Shown here piece after piece: positions 1 through 9,489 of a stretch of DNA of 64,000 nt (its first letter is position 1; every line of letters starts with the position of its first letter). Position numbers and translations under genes: made by a program. Under the pieces are notes generated by a model. It was given only the letters and a program-made list of their open reading frames with translations. It searched no databases and was not told the DNA's origin. Source of the stretch: an uncultured delta proteobacterium (GTDB lineage Bacteria > Myxococcota > Kuafuiibacteriia > Kuafuiibacteriales > Kuafuiibacteriaceae); the NCBI GenBank assembly GCA_963803435.1, contig CAWDML010000009.1, positions 800,001-864,000 on the forward strand. The letters are read 5' to 3'.

Positions 1-473
1 GCCGAAGGGGTCAGCAACCGGCACCTGATCAGCAACACCTCGTCCCGATGCTCCGTGATGTGTTCGGCAACTGCGGCGATGCTCCGCGGAAGATGACGGC
101 AGACAACGGCTATCTGAGCGCGACCAACATCGAATTCTGCGACAACAATCAGATCGATGCCCACATCGCTGTTGGACGCGAACAGAACCAAGACGCGTCG
201 ACTCCGTCCTCATCAGCTTCGGAGCCCACACCTGCCTCGCTCGCTCGCAAGCGAATGCGAGACAAGTTGCAAACGCGCGACGGCAAGGCGGTCTACGCCC
301 GCAGGAAGAGTATCGTCGAACCGGCGCTCCGACAGATCAAAGGGGCACGAGGATTCCGCCGGTTCTCGCTCCGCTCCTTCTTCAAGGTACGAGCCGAGTG
401 GACGCTCGTCTGCCTCACCCACAACCTGCTCAAGCTCTACCGATCGAAGCTCGCGACCGTCGCGAGCGTCTGA
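1..473 (+). pseudogene. IS1182/IS5-like DDE transposase, C-terminal part (5' end outside window, apparent frameshift at ~19-20)
   Basis: Motifs TADNGY and YARRKSIVEP..QIK..RGFRRFSLR....V..EW.L....HNL. Frame 1 reads AEGVSN, then frame 3 continues APDQQHLVPM. EPALRQIK deviates from the usual EPVFGQIK. Confidence 0.85.
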
Positions 474-495
474 CTCAAGGCAGCCATCTTCAGAT

Positions 496-531
496 CGGGA
501 CCCGGACCGGGACCGGGACCGGGACCGGGGT
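496..531. repeat. Hexamer tandem repeat (CGGGAC) x~6, imperfect
   Basis: cgggac ccggac cgggac cgggac cgggac cggggt read directly. Confidence 0.9.
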
Positions 532-559
532 CGCCTGAGCGCTTACGCGCTACACGCTC

Positions 560-1210
560 CTAGCGCTTCTCGAGGTTCGCGCTCAGGTTGAAGTGACCCG
601 CCTCGTTGGGGGTCAGCACCGTCTCGTACGTGCGGAAGTTGCTCTTCAGCAGGCGGATCGACAGGCTCTTCACGTTCGGCGGGCTGGGCTGGATGAGCGG
701 CGTGGTGCCGTAGATCGTCCCGTTGATCTCCACCTGGGCGCCGCTGGGGTTCGACAGCACCGACAGGAGCGGCGTGGTGGCCTTTCGCACCTCGGGCGTC
801 GGATCCGAGGCGATCTTCGGCGTCGGGGGGGGGTCGGGCGGTGGCGGCGTCCCGTCCGCGACCGGCGGCGGGGCCGGCGCGACGATCGGCGGCGGGGGTG
901 GCTCCGGGGCCGGCGTGCGGTCGCTCCTCGCGTAGAGGACCGCGCCGGCCAGGAGCAGCGCGCCCCCGACCATCGTCAGGATCACCTCCTTGGTGAAGAG
1001 GCTGCCGTCGGCCTTTCGAGGCCCCGGGGTCCGGTTCTCGGGCTCGAGCTTCTGGACGATCTCCTGCACCGGCACCGCGAACTCGATGGCGGGGGCGCCG
1101 GCGTCGCTGTGCGGTCGGGGGAGGCGCAGCTTTGGCTTCGCCTTGCCCTTCGGCGAGAGCGGCGGCATGTCGACGGTCGTCCTCTCTTCGTGACCCCCGA
1201 GCCCCGGCAA
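560..1210 (-). CDS. PEGA-domain single-pass membrane protein (start uncertain)
   Basis: TM helix, Pro-rich linker, then SVLSNPSGAQVEING...GTTP PEGA motif. Confidence 0.8.
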   Translation of the reverse strand: MPGLGGHEERTTVDMPPLSPKGKAKPKLRLPRPHSDAGAPAIEFAVPVQEIVQKLEPENRTPGPRKADGSLFTKEVILTMVGGALLLAGAVLYARSDRTPAPEPPPPPIVAPAPPPVADGTPPPPDPPPTPKIASDPTPEVRKATTPLLSVLSNPSGAQVEINGTIYGTTPLIQPSPPNVKSLSIRLLKSNFRTYETVLTPNEAGHFNLSANLEKR

Positions 1211-1397
1211 CTCCAGATTGGGGTCGGTCTCCTCGGTGTCATTCGAGAGAATCCTCGCTGCCGACGATCCCTGCCCACCCGTTTCCGTTCCGGGAGTGCA
1301 TGCGACCCGGCCAGCCTAGCACACGGGTCCCCGATGCGGACATGTAGGAGCCGATTTCGGCTCGCGTGCGCCCGCGTGAACGGCGAAGCTCGGCGCC

Positions 1398-1673
1398 GTG
1401 AAGGAGCGGGCCCGCGCCCGGTTGGTCGGGCAGATCGCGCGGTTCCTCTCGAGGCACGCGGACACGGATCGTGCCCTCGACCTGCTCGCGTCGATCCAGG
1501 AGCTGCGCACGTCCATCGAGGAGGTCCAGACGGCGCTCTGGCACTTGACCGCGCTGCCGACGCGCTACGACGTGCGCAAGGTGCAGCGGCGCGTGATCGC
1601 GCTCCGCCGGCGGACGCGGGAGTTGGAGCTCGCCGTGACGCGGCTCGAGTCGGCGCTCGAAGACGAGGAGTGA
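1398..1673 (+). CDS. Small helical/coiled-coil hypothetical protein (phasin/PhaE C-terminus-like)
   Basis: Fills the gap between neighbours with GC-typical codons; LPTRxDV followed by a heptad coil. Confidence 0.65.
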   Translation: MKERARARLVGQIARFLSRHADTDRALDLLASIQELRTSIEEVQTALWHLTALPTRYDVRKVQRRVIALRRRTRELELAVTRLESALEDEE

Positions 1674-1674
1674 G

Positions 1675-2724
1675 CTACTCCGCCTGCTCCTCGATCCGGG
1701 AGACCTCGAAGGACGCCTTCTTGCCCTCGATCGTCAGAATCGCGGCCATTCCCACCGAACGCGTGCCGTCGTTCATCTTCCAGCTGACCGCGTCGACCGG
1801 GCCGGGGTTGAGGTAGAGCTCGTCTTGGAGGACGCGCTGCTCGAGGAGCTTGGTACCGGTGAGATCGGTGCCGCGCCCGCCCGCCTCGTGGATGTTGGGG
1901 AAGACGCCGAACTTCACGTTCGTCTCGCGGAGGAACTTGGTGAGGGCGGGATCGCCGACGTTCGCCTGCTCGAGGGTGCGATCGAGCGCGTCGGGTCCGT
2001 CCTGGCGGGGGCCGCCGTGGGACAGGAGCACCACCGGCTTGTCTCCCGCCGCGCCCACGATCCGCTTGGTCTGATCCAGGTCGTCGGGCGTGTAATTGCA
2101 GCCGTCCTCGGCGTGGATGAAGACCTTGTCGTAGTAGCCGGGCACCGACACGAACGCGACGTCGTCGAGCACGGCGAGCCGCACCTGGTTCATGTTCACC
2201 ACCGGCTTGTCTGCGAAGACGGCCAGGGCGTCGTTGAAGTCGGTCTTCGCCTCACGGTTGCCCATCACGATGAAGACCGGCACGCCGGCCTCGGCCATCG
2301 GTGCCACCACATGCGTGATCTGATCCTTGGTCTCGCCCAGATCGCCGACCACCACAATCGCCTCCACGCCGGCCTTCTTGAAGACGGCGAGGAAATGGTC
2401 GAGGTTCGCCAGGTTCTCGGGCGTGTCCTCCTTGGTGTTGGCGAGGACGCCGATCAGCGCCTTGTTGTCCGGATCCGTGCTCTCCTCGGCGAGCTTGGTC
2501 CCGGTCACCGTGTACTTCTTCCCCGCGACCTCGAACGACCTCGCAGGGCCGGTCGGGTTCCAGGCGGCGATGCACTCGGGATCCGAGGTTGTCGCGGGCG
2601 CTTCCGCCGGGGGCGCGGCCTCGGGCGTCTTCTTTGGGGGCGCCTGCTTCTCTGCGTCCTTGCAGCCGGGGCCGAGGAGCAGCAGAGCGCCCAGAACAGC
2701 GAGATTCACGGTCGTATGGCGCAT
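1675..2724 (-). CDS. Calcineurin-like metallophosphoesterase-fold lipoprotein
   Basis: Lipobox-like LLLGPGC; motifs GD, GNRE, SHG, NIHE. Alternative start 2739. Confidence 0.8.
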   Translation of the reverse strand: MRHTTVNLAVLGALLLLGPGCKDAEKQAPPKKTPEAAPPAEAPATTSDPECIAAWNPTGPARSFEVAGKKYTVTGTKLAEESTDPDNKALIGVLANTKEDTPENLANLDHFLAVFKKAGVEAIVVVGDLGETKDQITHVVAPMAEAGVPVFIVMGNREAKTDFNDALAVFADKPVVNMNQVRLAVLDDVAFVSVPGYYDKVFIHAEDGCNYTPDDLDQTKRIVGAAGDKPVVLLSHGGPRQDGPDALDRTLEQANVGDPALTKFLRETNVKFGVFPNIHEAGGRGTDLTGTKLLEQRVLQDELYLNPGPVDAVSWKMNDGTRSVGMAAILTIEGKKASFEVSRIEEQAE

Positions 2725-2785
2725 AGGCGCGCGGACCATAGCGAGGCGGATCCGCCCGGGGCAAGCGTTGTTCTAAGATCCGGCT

Positions 2786-4927
2786 GTGCGGTGGCGAACC
2801 CAGCTCGGGCTTCTCGTGGGGATGCTCGCGGCCGTCGCCTGCGGCGCGCCACGGCCGCAAGGCAACGGGCTTTCGCTCTCACCCACGGTCATCGACTTCG
2901 GTGAGGTCGTCGTCGGGCTGCTCGAGCGGCGGACGGTCAACCTCGTGAACGGAAGCGCGGACGTGGTCCACGTGATCGAGGCGCGACCCGATGATCCGAT
3001 CGCCGGCGCGGTCCGTCTCGAGCGCGTCCCAGCGGCGCTCTCGGCGGGCACCTCGGCCGAGGCAGAGGTGGTCTTCGCGCCGCCGCGGGAGGGCGTGCTC
3101 TCCGGCTCGCTCCGGTTCGTCACGGACGGCGATCCCGCGGAGCTCACCGCCGAGGTCTCGGGCGTTGCCTCCGCGCCGAGCCTGCGCGTCTTTCCCGAGT
3201 CGTTGGACTTTGGCCGGGTGATGATCGGCGAAGATGCAGTCGCCACGGCGACCATCACGAACCGAGGAAGCAAGGCGGTGACGATCCGTGCGATCACGCC
3301 CGACATGGAGACCAGCGACGAGTTCGCGGTCGGGTCGTACGCGATCGAGACACTCGGTCCGGGCGCGTCCTTTTGTGTCGAGATCACGTTCCGGCCCGCG
3401 TTTCCCGGGAGGGCGATCGGCCGCGTGGTGGTCGGCGACGACTCGCCCCGTCCGGTACCGCTCGGGCTGACGCTCTCGGGCGAGGGCGTCGACGGAGACG
3501 TCAGCCTCGAGCCGCAGGAGATCGACTTCACCGGAGTGCTGGTCGGGGAGGAGCGGGTCCGCTTCTTCGAGGTCCGCAACAGCGGTGCGGCCACCGCGAC
3601 GATCGCGTCCATCTCGATCGAGGACAACGGCGATCTGACTTCGTACGCGTTCTCGATCGTGTCGTCGCCGTCTGCGCCGTTTGCGCTGCGGCCGGGCGAG
3701 GAGCGATCGATCCAGGTGCGCTTCGCGCCCACCGCCGCGGGCCAACACTCCGGCTGGGCCCTGGTCGAGGTCCGGGGGGTCGAGGCCCCGCTCGCGGTCA
3801 CGCTCTTCGCCGAGGTCGACGCGCCCCCCCGGGCAGAGCTGGCCGTCCATCCGGGCGCGATCGACTTCGGTGGTGTGGAGCTCGGGAGCGTCGGGACGCG
3901 CGAGCTGGTGCTCGACAGTGATGGCGCCATCGAGGTCCACCTGCTCGGATCCATCACGATCGACCCGCCGGGCGCGCCCTTCACGCTCGTGAGGGCGCCG
4001 GCGCCCGACGCCACGCTCGGCCCCTTCGATAGCCACACGCTGGTGGTCGAGTATCGGCCGCAGGCGGAGGGAACCGACACCGCGATCCTCCGCATCGACA
4101 GCGACGCGATCGCCGCACGCCGGCTCGAGGTACCGCTCGTCGGGCGCGGCGAGGCCTTTGCGTCGCCCGATGTCGACGTCCGCCCGATCGCGCTGGCGTT
4201 CGGTTACGTGCCCCGGGACATCACGGCGAACCGGCGCTTGATCCTGGTGAACGGCGGCACCGCGCCGCTGACGATCGCGAGCATCACGGTCGCCGACCCC
4301 GGAGGGCGCTTCTCACTCGGCGCGGTCCCCGCCGGACCGCTCGCCGGAGGGGCGGAGGCCGCAGTCGTGGTCCGCTACCAGGACCCGACGGGCCTGGCCG
4401 TGCCGCACACCGCGACCGTCGCCATCGCCACCGACGACCCCGACCGGCCGCTCCTGGCGGTGCCGCTCTCGGCGGTCACCGCAGCGCCACGCCTGGTGGC
4501 GGACGCCGACCTGCTGATCCAGGCGACCGGCGGCCAGCTCCACCTGCTCCGCTCCGGAGGCGCCACGTTCGATCGGCCGGACGACTGCTGCTGGTGCAAC
4601 CCGAATCCGCGCTGGGGCGAGGCGATCGCCGAGCTGCCGCTGTTCAACGACGACCTCGGGGGTCAGGAGAGCATCCTCCTGTCTCGCGCGACCGTCCCCG
4701 CCGGGACATCGCTCGCCCTCTACGAGGTTCAGGTCGTGGGCTCGGGCGGAATCGCGGAGCTGACCCTCGTGATCGCCGGCGCATCACCGATCGTTCGCAC
4801 GCGCCAGCTCGGCGCCGGGCAGCGGTGGCGGGCCGGCAGCCTCTACCTGGACACGCTCACCCGCGACCACGGGTTCTTCCAGTCGACCCTCCCGCTCGAT
4901 ACACCGGCGGAGCACACCTGCTTCTAG
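2786..4927 (+). CDS. Lipoprotein with ~5 choice-of-anchor D/ASH-type Ig repeats
   Basis: Lipobox AVAC; repeated P..(I/L)DFG.V.VG...N.G motifs; C-terminal DCCWCNPNP.WG. Confidence 0.85.
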   Translation: MRWRTQLGLLVGMLAAVACGAPRPQGNGLSLSPTVIDFGEVVVGLLERRTVNLVNGSADVVHVIEARPDDPIAGAVRLERVPAALSAGTSAEAEVVFAPPREGVLSGSLRFVTDGDPAELTAEVSGVASAPSLRVFPESLDFGRVMIGEDAVATATITNRGSKAVTIRAITPDMETSDEFAVGSYAIETLGPGASFCVEITFRPAFPGRAIGRVVVGDDSPRPVPLGLTLSGEGVDGDVSLEPQEIDFTGVLVGEERVRFFEVRNSGAATATIASISIEDNGDLTSYAFSIVSSPSAPFALRPGEERSIQVRFAPTAAGQHSGWALVEVRGVEAPLAVTLFAEVDAPPRAELAVHPGAIDFGGVELGSVGTRELVLDSDGAIEVHLLGSITIDPPGAPFTLVRAPAPDATLGPFDSHTLVVEYRPQAEGTDTAILRIDSDAIAARRLEVPLVGRGEAFASPDVDVRPIALAFGYVPRDITANRRLILVNGGTAPLTIASITVADPGGRFSLGAVPAGPLAGGAEAAVVVRYQDPTGLAVPHTATVAIATDDPDRPLLAVPLSAVTAAPRLVADADLLIQATGGQLHLLRSGGATFDRPDDCCWCNPNPRWGEAIAELPLFNDDLGGQESILLSRATVPAGTSLALYEVQVVGSGGIAELTLVIAGASPIVRTRQLGAGQRWRAGSLYLDTLTRDHGFFQSTLPLDTPAEHTCF

Positions 4928-4980
4928 GAACGGCGCGCGCGCTAGGCGCCTCGCGCGCGTGCAGCTACACTCCCGTCGCC

Positions 4981-5403
4981 TTGGCCGAGCAGGAACAGGT
5001 CGCGTGGGCTGAAGCGCAGCGGCATCTGGCGCGGGCCCTGGGCCTCTCGATCGAGGAGTGGGTCCGGGCGCTCGAGGCAGCCTCGAACCACAAGACCGGG
5101 CTCACGGCCGCGGTGATCGGCGCATCGATGGCCCGCGGTCTGGGGATGGGCGTGCTGGATACGCTGGATCCGGCCGCGCTCTTCGCACGGGCGCGCGCGC
5201 TGATCGATCCCGATCCACCCCGCGTCGAGAACCCCGTGCTGGCCGAGGCGATCCGCCGGGCCGGCGAGCTCGGGAGCGGCGGCGGCGCCCGGCGTCTAAG
5301 GGCGGAGCGGAGCGAGGTGACCACGCCGAGGCGCGGCGAGGGCTCGCTCGGCAAGTCGGCGTCCGCGTCGACGCCCGACGCGCCTGGAGAGGAGGAGGAA
5401 TGA
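4981..5403 (+). CDS. Hypothetical protein (TTG start)
   Basis: Coding-like part of ORF 4594-5403; TACACT 9 nt upstream; ATGA overlap with next gene. Confidence 0.55.
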   Translation: MAEQEQVAWAEAQRHLARALGLSIEEWVRALEAASNHKTGLTAAVIGASMARGLGMGVLDTLDPAALFARARALIDPDPPRVENPVLAEAIRRAGELGSGGGARRLRAERSEVTTPRRGEGSLGKSASASTPDAPGEEEE

Positions 5404-5621
5404 GCCTCTTCGACTCGGACCGCGCGGGGAAGGCGTTCGCGCTGGACGACGCCGTTCGTCGTGTCCTCGCCGCGTGGAGCCGTGAGCGCGACACCGAGAT
5501 CGGACGCCTCAACCTCAAGCGTGCCTTCTCGAAGCTCAACCCCGATCAGCGCGCGCAGCTGATCGGGCGCCTCGCCGAGATCAGCTTGGGACAGCTCTTC
5601 GTCCTCGCGCACGACGCCTGA
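5400..5621 (+). CDS. Small hypothetical protein (73 aa)
   Basis: GGAGGAGG upstream, ATGA coupling, amphipathic sequence MSLFDSDRAGKAFALDD. Confidence 0.65.
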   Translation: MSLFDSDRAGKAFALDDAVRRVLAAWSRERDTEIGRLNLKRAFSKLNPDQRAQLIGRLAEISLGQLFVLAHDA

Positions 5622-5853
5622 GCCGGCGGGCAGTGAGGCCAGGTATGTGGAGTGGGGCGCCGCACGACTGCAGCGAGACAGGGGCGCCACATCGGATTGG
5701 AGACCGATGGTGCGTGCTCTTGCCCAAAACGGGGTGACCGGCGGTCACACCTCTAGGGAGTGGGCCTCATGGAGGGTGAAACCTGCGCACCCATGGAATG
5801 AGTCAGAGGAATTGATCGCGGCCCGATGGCCGACTACGGTGAGTGGGCCCGCC

Positions 5854-6585
5854 ATGCGCTACGCCATCATCTCGGACATTCACGGCAACATCGAGGCGCT
5901 CGAAGCGATCTTGTCGAAGTTCCGAGAGATCGGCGTCGACAAGTACTTCTGCCTCGGGGACATCGTCGGGTACGGCGCGGAGCCCGAGGCCTGCTGCTCC
6001 CGAGTGCGCGAGCTCTGCGAGGTGACGCTGCTCGGCAACCACGACGCCGCAGTAGCCGGGCGCATGGACTACTCCTATTACTACGACGCGGCGCGCGAAG
6101 CGCTCGACTGGTGTCGCGAACGATTGACGCCCGACAACCTGACCTGGCTCAAGAACCTCCCGTACACCCATCGCCTCGGAGACGTGGAGCTCTCGCACGG
6201 TTCTCCCTTCAACCCCGAAGAGTACGACTACATCTTCGCCCTCGAGCAGGCCCGCGAGCTCAACCACTCGAAGCCGGACCTGGCCGAGGTCACGTTCATC
6301 GGACATTCCCATCTGACCAAGGTCTTCGCGCTGACCGACGACAACGCGCTCGACGTGGTGGCGCCCAAGTTCAAGCTCAAGGACGGGATGAAATACGTCA
6401 TCACCGTCGGTTCCGTCGGTCAGCCGCGCGACTACGATCCGCGTGCCTGCGCCGGGTTCTACGACACCGAGGATCGACGGTTCGAGTATGTCCGCGTGGA
6501 GTACGACATCGAGTCCCAGCGACAGAAGATCATCGATGCAGGTCTGGCGCACAACTTCGGAACGAGGCTCTTGCTCGGCATTTGA
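5854..6585 (+). CDS. Metallophosphoesterase (YfcE/MJ0936-like)
   Basis: SDIHGN, LGDIVGYG, GNHD, HGSP, GHSH, GSVGQPRD all present. Confidence 0.95.
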   Translation: MRYAIISDIHGNIEALEAILSKFREIGVDKYFCLGDIVGYGAEPEACCSRVRELCEVTLLGNHDAAVAGRMDYSYYYDAAREALDWCRERLTPDNLTWLKNLPYTHRLGDVELSHGSPFNPEEYDYIFALEQARELNHSKPDLAEVTFIGHSHLTKVFALTDDNALDVVAPKFKLKDGMKYVITVGSVGQPRDYDPRACAGFYDTEDRRFEYVRVEYDIESQRQKIIDAGLAHNFGTRLLLGI

Positions 6586-7435
6586 GCTCCTGCTGCTGGC
6601 CTGTCTTTCGGCCTGCACCAAGAGCGATCGCCCGATCATCGTGGTCGAGGTGCGCGATCAGAGCGAGCACCGGCTCACCTTCGACAAGCCAAAGGTCGAG
6701 CAGTACGCGGTCACCACGATCGATCGGGTGCCCGGCTACGGCTTCCGCCAGGCCAAGGCGGAGGAGAACGGCTGGCAGTACGTGTTCGTCATCGACCTCT
6801 TGGCCGAGCGGATCGCGGACGGCTCCACCGACGGCACGACCAAGCACCGCGCCGTGGAGGGGGTCCTCGAGCTCAAGGAGGTCGGCGGTGACGGCTACTT
6901 CGAGACCAAGGTGCTCGAGACTTCGGACGAGCCGGCCTCGGCCCCGCTCGAGCCATTGATCCAGCGGGCGATCGACAAGGCCGCCGGCCAGCTCACCATC
7001 GCCATGAAGCTCACGCACGGCACGGACGAGGAGCTGGTCGCCCTCCTCGATTCGCCGGAGCCGAACACGCGCGGCCAGGCGATCACGCTGGCTGGTCGGC
7101 GGAAGATCCAGAAGGCGGTGCCGAAGCTGATCGCTCTCGTGAAGGACGAGAAGGCCACCGACGATCAGGTGCTCAAGGCTGTGGGCGCGCTGGTGCAGAT
7201 CGGTGACCAGGAGGCCAGCGGCGCGATCATCGACGCTGGCAAGCACCGCTCCTCGGAGTACCAGCTCCAGCTCCTGTTCGCGCTCAGCAAGCTGGGCGGC
7301 CTCGAGGCCGAGGCGTACCTCTTCACCGTCCAGAACGGGCACCCCGATCCCGTGGTCCGCCAGACCGCACATGATGCGCTGGAGGAGCTGGAGGTTCGGC
7401 GCGAGGCCAAAAAAAAGGTAGAGTCCCCGCCCTGA
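6536..7435 (+). CDS. HEAT-repeat lipoprotein (start uncertain)
   Basis: Lipobox CLSAC; C-terminal HEAT repeats (LVALLDSPEPNTRGQAITLAG; HPDPVVRQTAHDAL). Confidence 0.8.
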   Translation: MQVWRTTSERGSCSAFELLLLACLSACTKSDRPIIVVEVRDQSEHRLTFDKPKVEQYAVTTIDRVPGYGFRQAKAEENGWQYVFVIDLLAERIADGSTDGTTKHRAVEGVLELKEVGGDGYFETKVLETSDEPASAPLEPLIQRAIDKAAGQLTIAMKLTHGTDEELVALLDSPEPNTRGQAITLAGRRKIQKAVPKLIALVKDEKATDDQVLKAVGALVQIGDQEASGAIIDAGKHRSSEYQLQLLFALSKLGGLEAEAYLFTVQNGHPDPVVRQTAHDALEELEVRREAKKKVESPP

Positions 7436-8043
7436 TGGGGAAGCCTCTCTTCTCGCTGCTGCTCCTGGCGGCCTGTGCCACCGCGCCGAAGGGCTCAGGT
7501 ACCGCCGAGCGGAGCGCCAAGGACTACGCACCCTTCGCCCTGGGCGCCTCCTGGACCTACGCGGTCAACTACCTGGGCCAGAAGGCCGAGCAGACGATCA
7601 CGATCGTCAAGGAGGAGGAGGGCTACTTCGTCGACGACCAGCCGGGCCCCGCCCAGGGCCGCTTCCGGCACACCGCGGAGGGCCTCCGCGATCCGACGCG
7701 GTTCCTGATCCGACTCCCGCTGGAGGAGGGCAACGAGTGGAAGGCGATCGTGTCGGCGAGCGCGATCGAGCACTACCGGATCATCGGCGTGGGCCAGCCC
7801 TGCGAGAGCCAGGCGGGCCGCTTCCAGGACTGCTTGATCATCGAGTCGCGCCTGCGCCGCGACGAAAAGATGACGCTGTTCGCGCGCTGGAGCTGGGCCC
7901 GCGGGATCGGTCTGGTGAAGATCGAGACGGAGGCCGAGATCAAGGGGAAGGGACGCATTCCGCAGACCGAGCGCAGCCTGGTCCACTACTCGTTGAACGG
8001 CCGATCGGCGACCGATGACGGACCAGACAGCTGGTCCAAGTAG
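7435..8043 (+). CDS. Hypothetical lipoprotein
   Basis: Lipobox LAAC; Y.P...G..W.Y and AG.F..C...W..GIGLVK pattern; TGATG coupling. Confidence 0.85.
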   Translation: MGKPLFSLLLLAACATAPKGSGTAERSAKDYAPFALGASWTYAVNYLGQKAEQTITIVKEEEGYFVDDQPGPAQGRFRHTAEGLRDPTRFLIRLPLEEGNEWKAIVSASAIEHYRIIGVGQPCESQAGRFQDCLIIESRLRRDEKMTLFARWSWARGIGLVKIETEAEIKGKGRIPQTERSLVHYSLNGRSATDDGPDSWSK

Positions 8044-8061
8044 ACGCTATCCTGACGGGGG

Positions 8062-9489
8062 ATGTTCGGGCCCTTCCTCGCGTCGGCGGTCGGGTGCCTG
8101 TGGCGGGAGCGCACCTACGACGCGGAGCGCGTGCGCGCGGTCCAGCGGGGGCGCCTGACCACGTTGCTCGAGCACGCGCGCGACTCCACGCCGCTGTGGA
8201 GTGAGCGGCTGGCCGGCCTCGACCTGCGTGCGCCCGGGGTGCTGGCGCAGATCGCGCCGATCACCAAGTCGGAGATCATGGCGCGCTTCGACGCCTCGAT
8301 CGCCCGGGGGCGGATCAGCAAGGCCGATGTGGAGGCGTACACCGGGGACGCGGCGCGGATCGGCCAGCTCTATCGAGGCGAGCTCATGCTCGCGACCACG
8401 TCCGGCACCACGGGGAAGGTCGGCTACTTCGTCACCGATCGCGACGGTTGGGCGCGCCAGAACGGGGCGCTGTTCGCCCGGATTCTTCGGCACCGGCTGA
8501 TCCCCAGCGAGATCCTGCGCTTCTGTTTCGGGCGCCGCTACCGGATGGCGATGGCGGTCGCGACCGAGGGCCACTTCATCACCCGCCTGGTGGCGACGTT
8601 CCGGCCGCTCCTGTCGCGCGCCCTCGTCAACCTGCAGGCCTACTCGATCGTCGGTCCCTCCGAGCGCACCATCGAGGCGCTCAATCGGTTCCGCCCGCAC
8701 TATCTCCACAGCTATCCCACGTACCTCGAGCTCCTGGCGTACGAGCGCCTGAGCGGGCGGCTCGAGATCGATCCCGAGTTCATCTCGCTCGGGAGCGAGC
8801 CGGTCACGCCGAGCGCGCGCGAGGCGATCGCGCGTGCCTTCCCTTCGGCGGAGATCTCAGAGACCTACGGCGCGACCGAGTGTCTGGCGATGGCGAACCA
8901 ATGCCGACATGGGCGGCTCCACATCAACGAGGATCTCTGCGTGCTCGAGCCCGTCGACGCCGACGATCGTCCGGTCCCGCCCGGAACCGCCAGCGCCAAG
9001 GTGCTCGTGACCAACCTGCTCAACCGCGGCCAGCCGCTCCTTCGATACGAGCTCAACGACTCGATCACGCTCATCGGGGAGCCGTGTCCCTGCGGCGCCG
9101 CCTTCCCCACCGTCCGTGTCGAGGGGAGGAGCGACGACACCTTCTATCTTCGGGACGCGCGCGGTGGGTATGCACCGCACCCGCCGGTCCCGTTCGAGGT
9201 GCTGTTCCTCAACGTCGAGCACCTCGCGCAATACCAGCTGGTGCACGAGACACAGAACCGGCTGGTCGTGCGCTTCGTGACGGAGGCCGGCGGCGATCCC
9301 GCGCAGGTGCGCGCGCGTCTCACGGAGCGGTTCGAGGGCTACCTCGCGCAAAACCGGCTCGAGGGCTGCGTCCAGCTCGACGTTCTCCCGGTGGAGCGGA
9401 TCGAGCGCGAGGCGCAAGGCCACAAGCTCCGCCAGATCTACAGCAAGGTGCCGCGGCCGGCTCCGCCAGTGTTATCCTCGGCGGGTTGA
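8062..9489 (+). CDS. Phenylacetate-CoA ligase-like adenylate-forming enzyme
   Basis: TTSGTTGK, YGATE, VTNL.N...PLLRY...D, VEGRSDD. Confidence 0.9.
   Translation: MFGPFLASAVGCLWRERTYDAERVRAVQRGRLTTLLEHARDSTPLWSERLAGLDLRAPGVLAQIAPITKSEIMARFDASIARGRISKADVEAYTGDAARIGQLYRGELMLATTSGTTGKVGYFVTDRDGWARQNGALFARILRHRLIPSEILRFCFGRRYRMAMAVATEGHFITRLVATFRPLLSRALVNLQAYSIVGPSERTIEALNRFRPHYLHSYPTYLELLAYERLSGRLEIDPEFISLGSEPVTPSAREAIARAFPSAEISETYGATECLAMANQCRHGRLHINEDLCVLEPVDADDRPVPPGTASAKVLVTNLLNRGQPLLRYELNDSITLIGEPCPCGAAFPTVRVEGRSDDTFYLRDARGGYAPHPPVPFEVLFLNVEHLAQYQLVHETQNRLVVRFVTEAGGDPAQVRARLTERFEGYLAQNRLEGCVQLDVLPVERIEREAQGHKLRQIYSKVPRPAPPVLSSAG

Larger units (their letters stand above)
1..563 (+). mobile_element. 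Right end of an insertion sequence, probably ending at CTAG 560-563
   Basis: Transposase followed by ~85 nt ending ...GCTACACGCTC-CTAG. The left end is not in the window, so the inverted repeat cannot be verified. Confidence 0.6.

Noticed and set aside
496-531. CRISPR-like array
   Set aside because: Simple microsatellite with no spacers and no cas genes; the same applies to 17619-17663.
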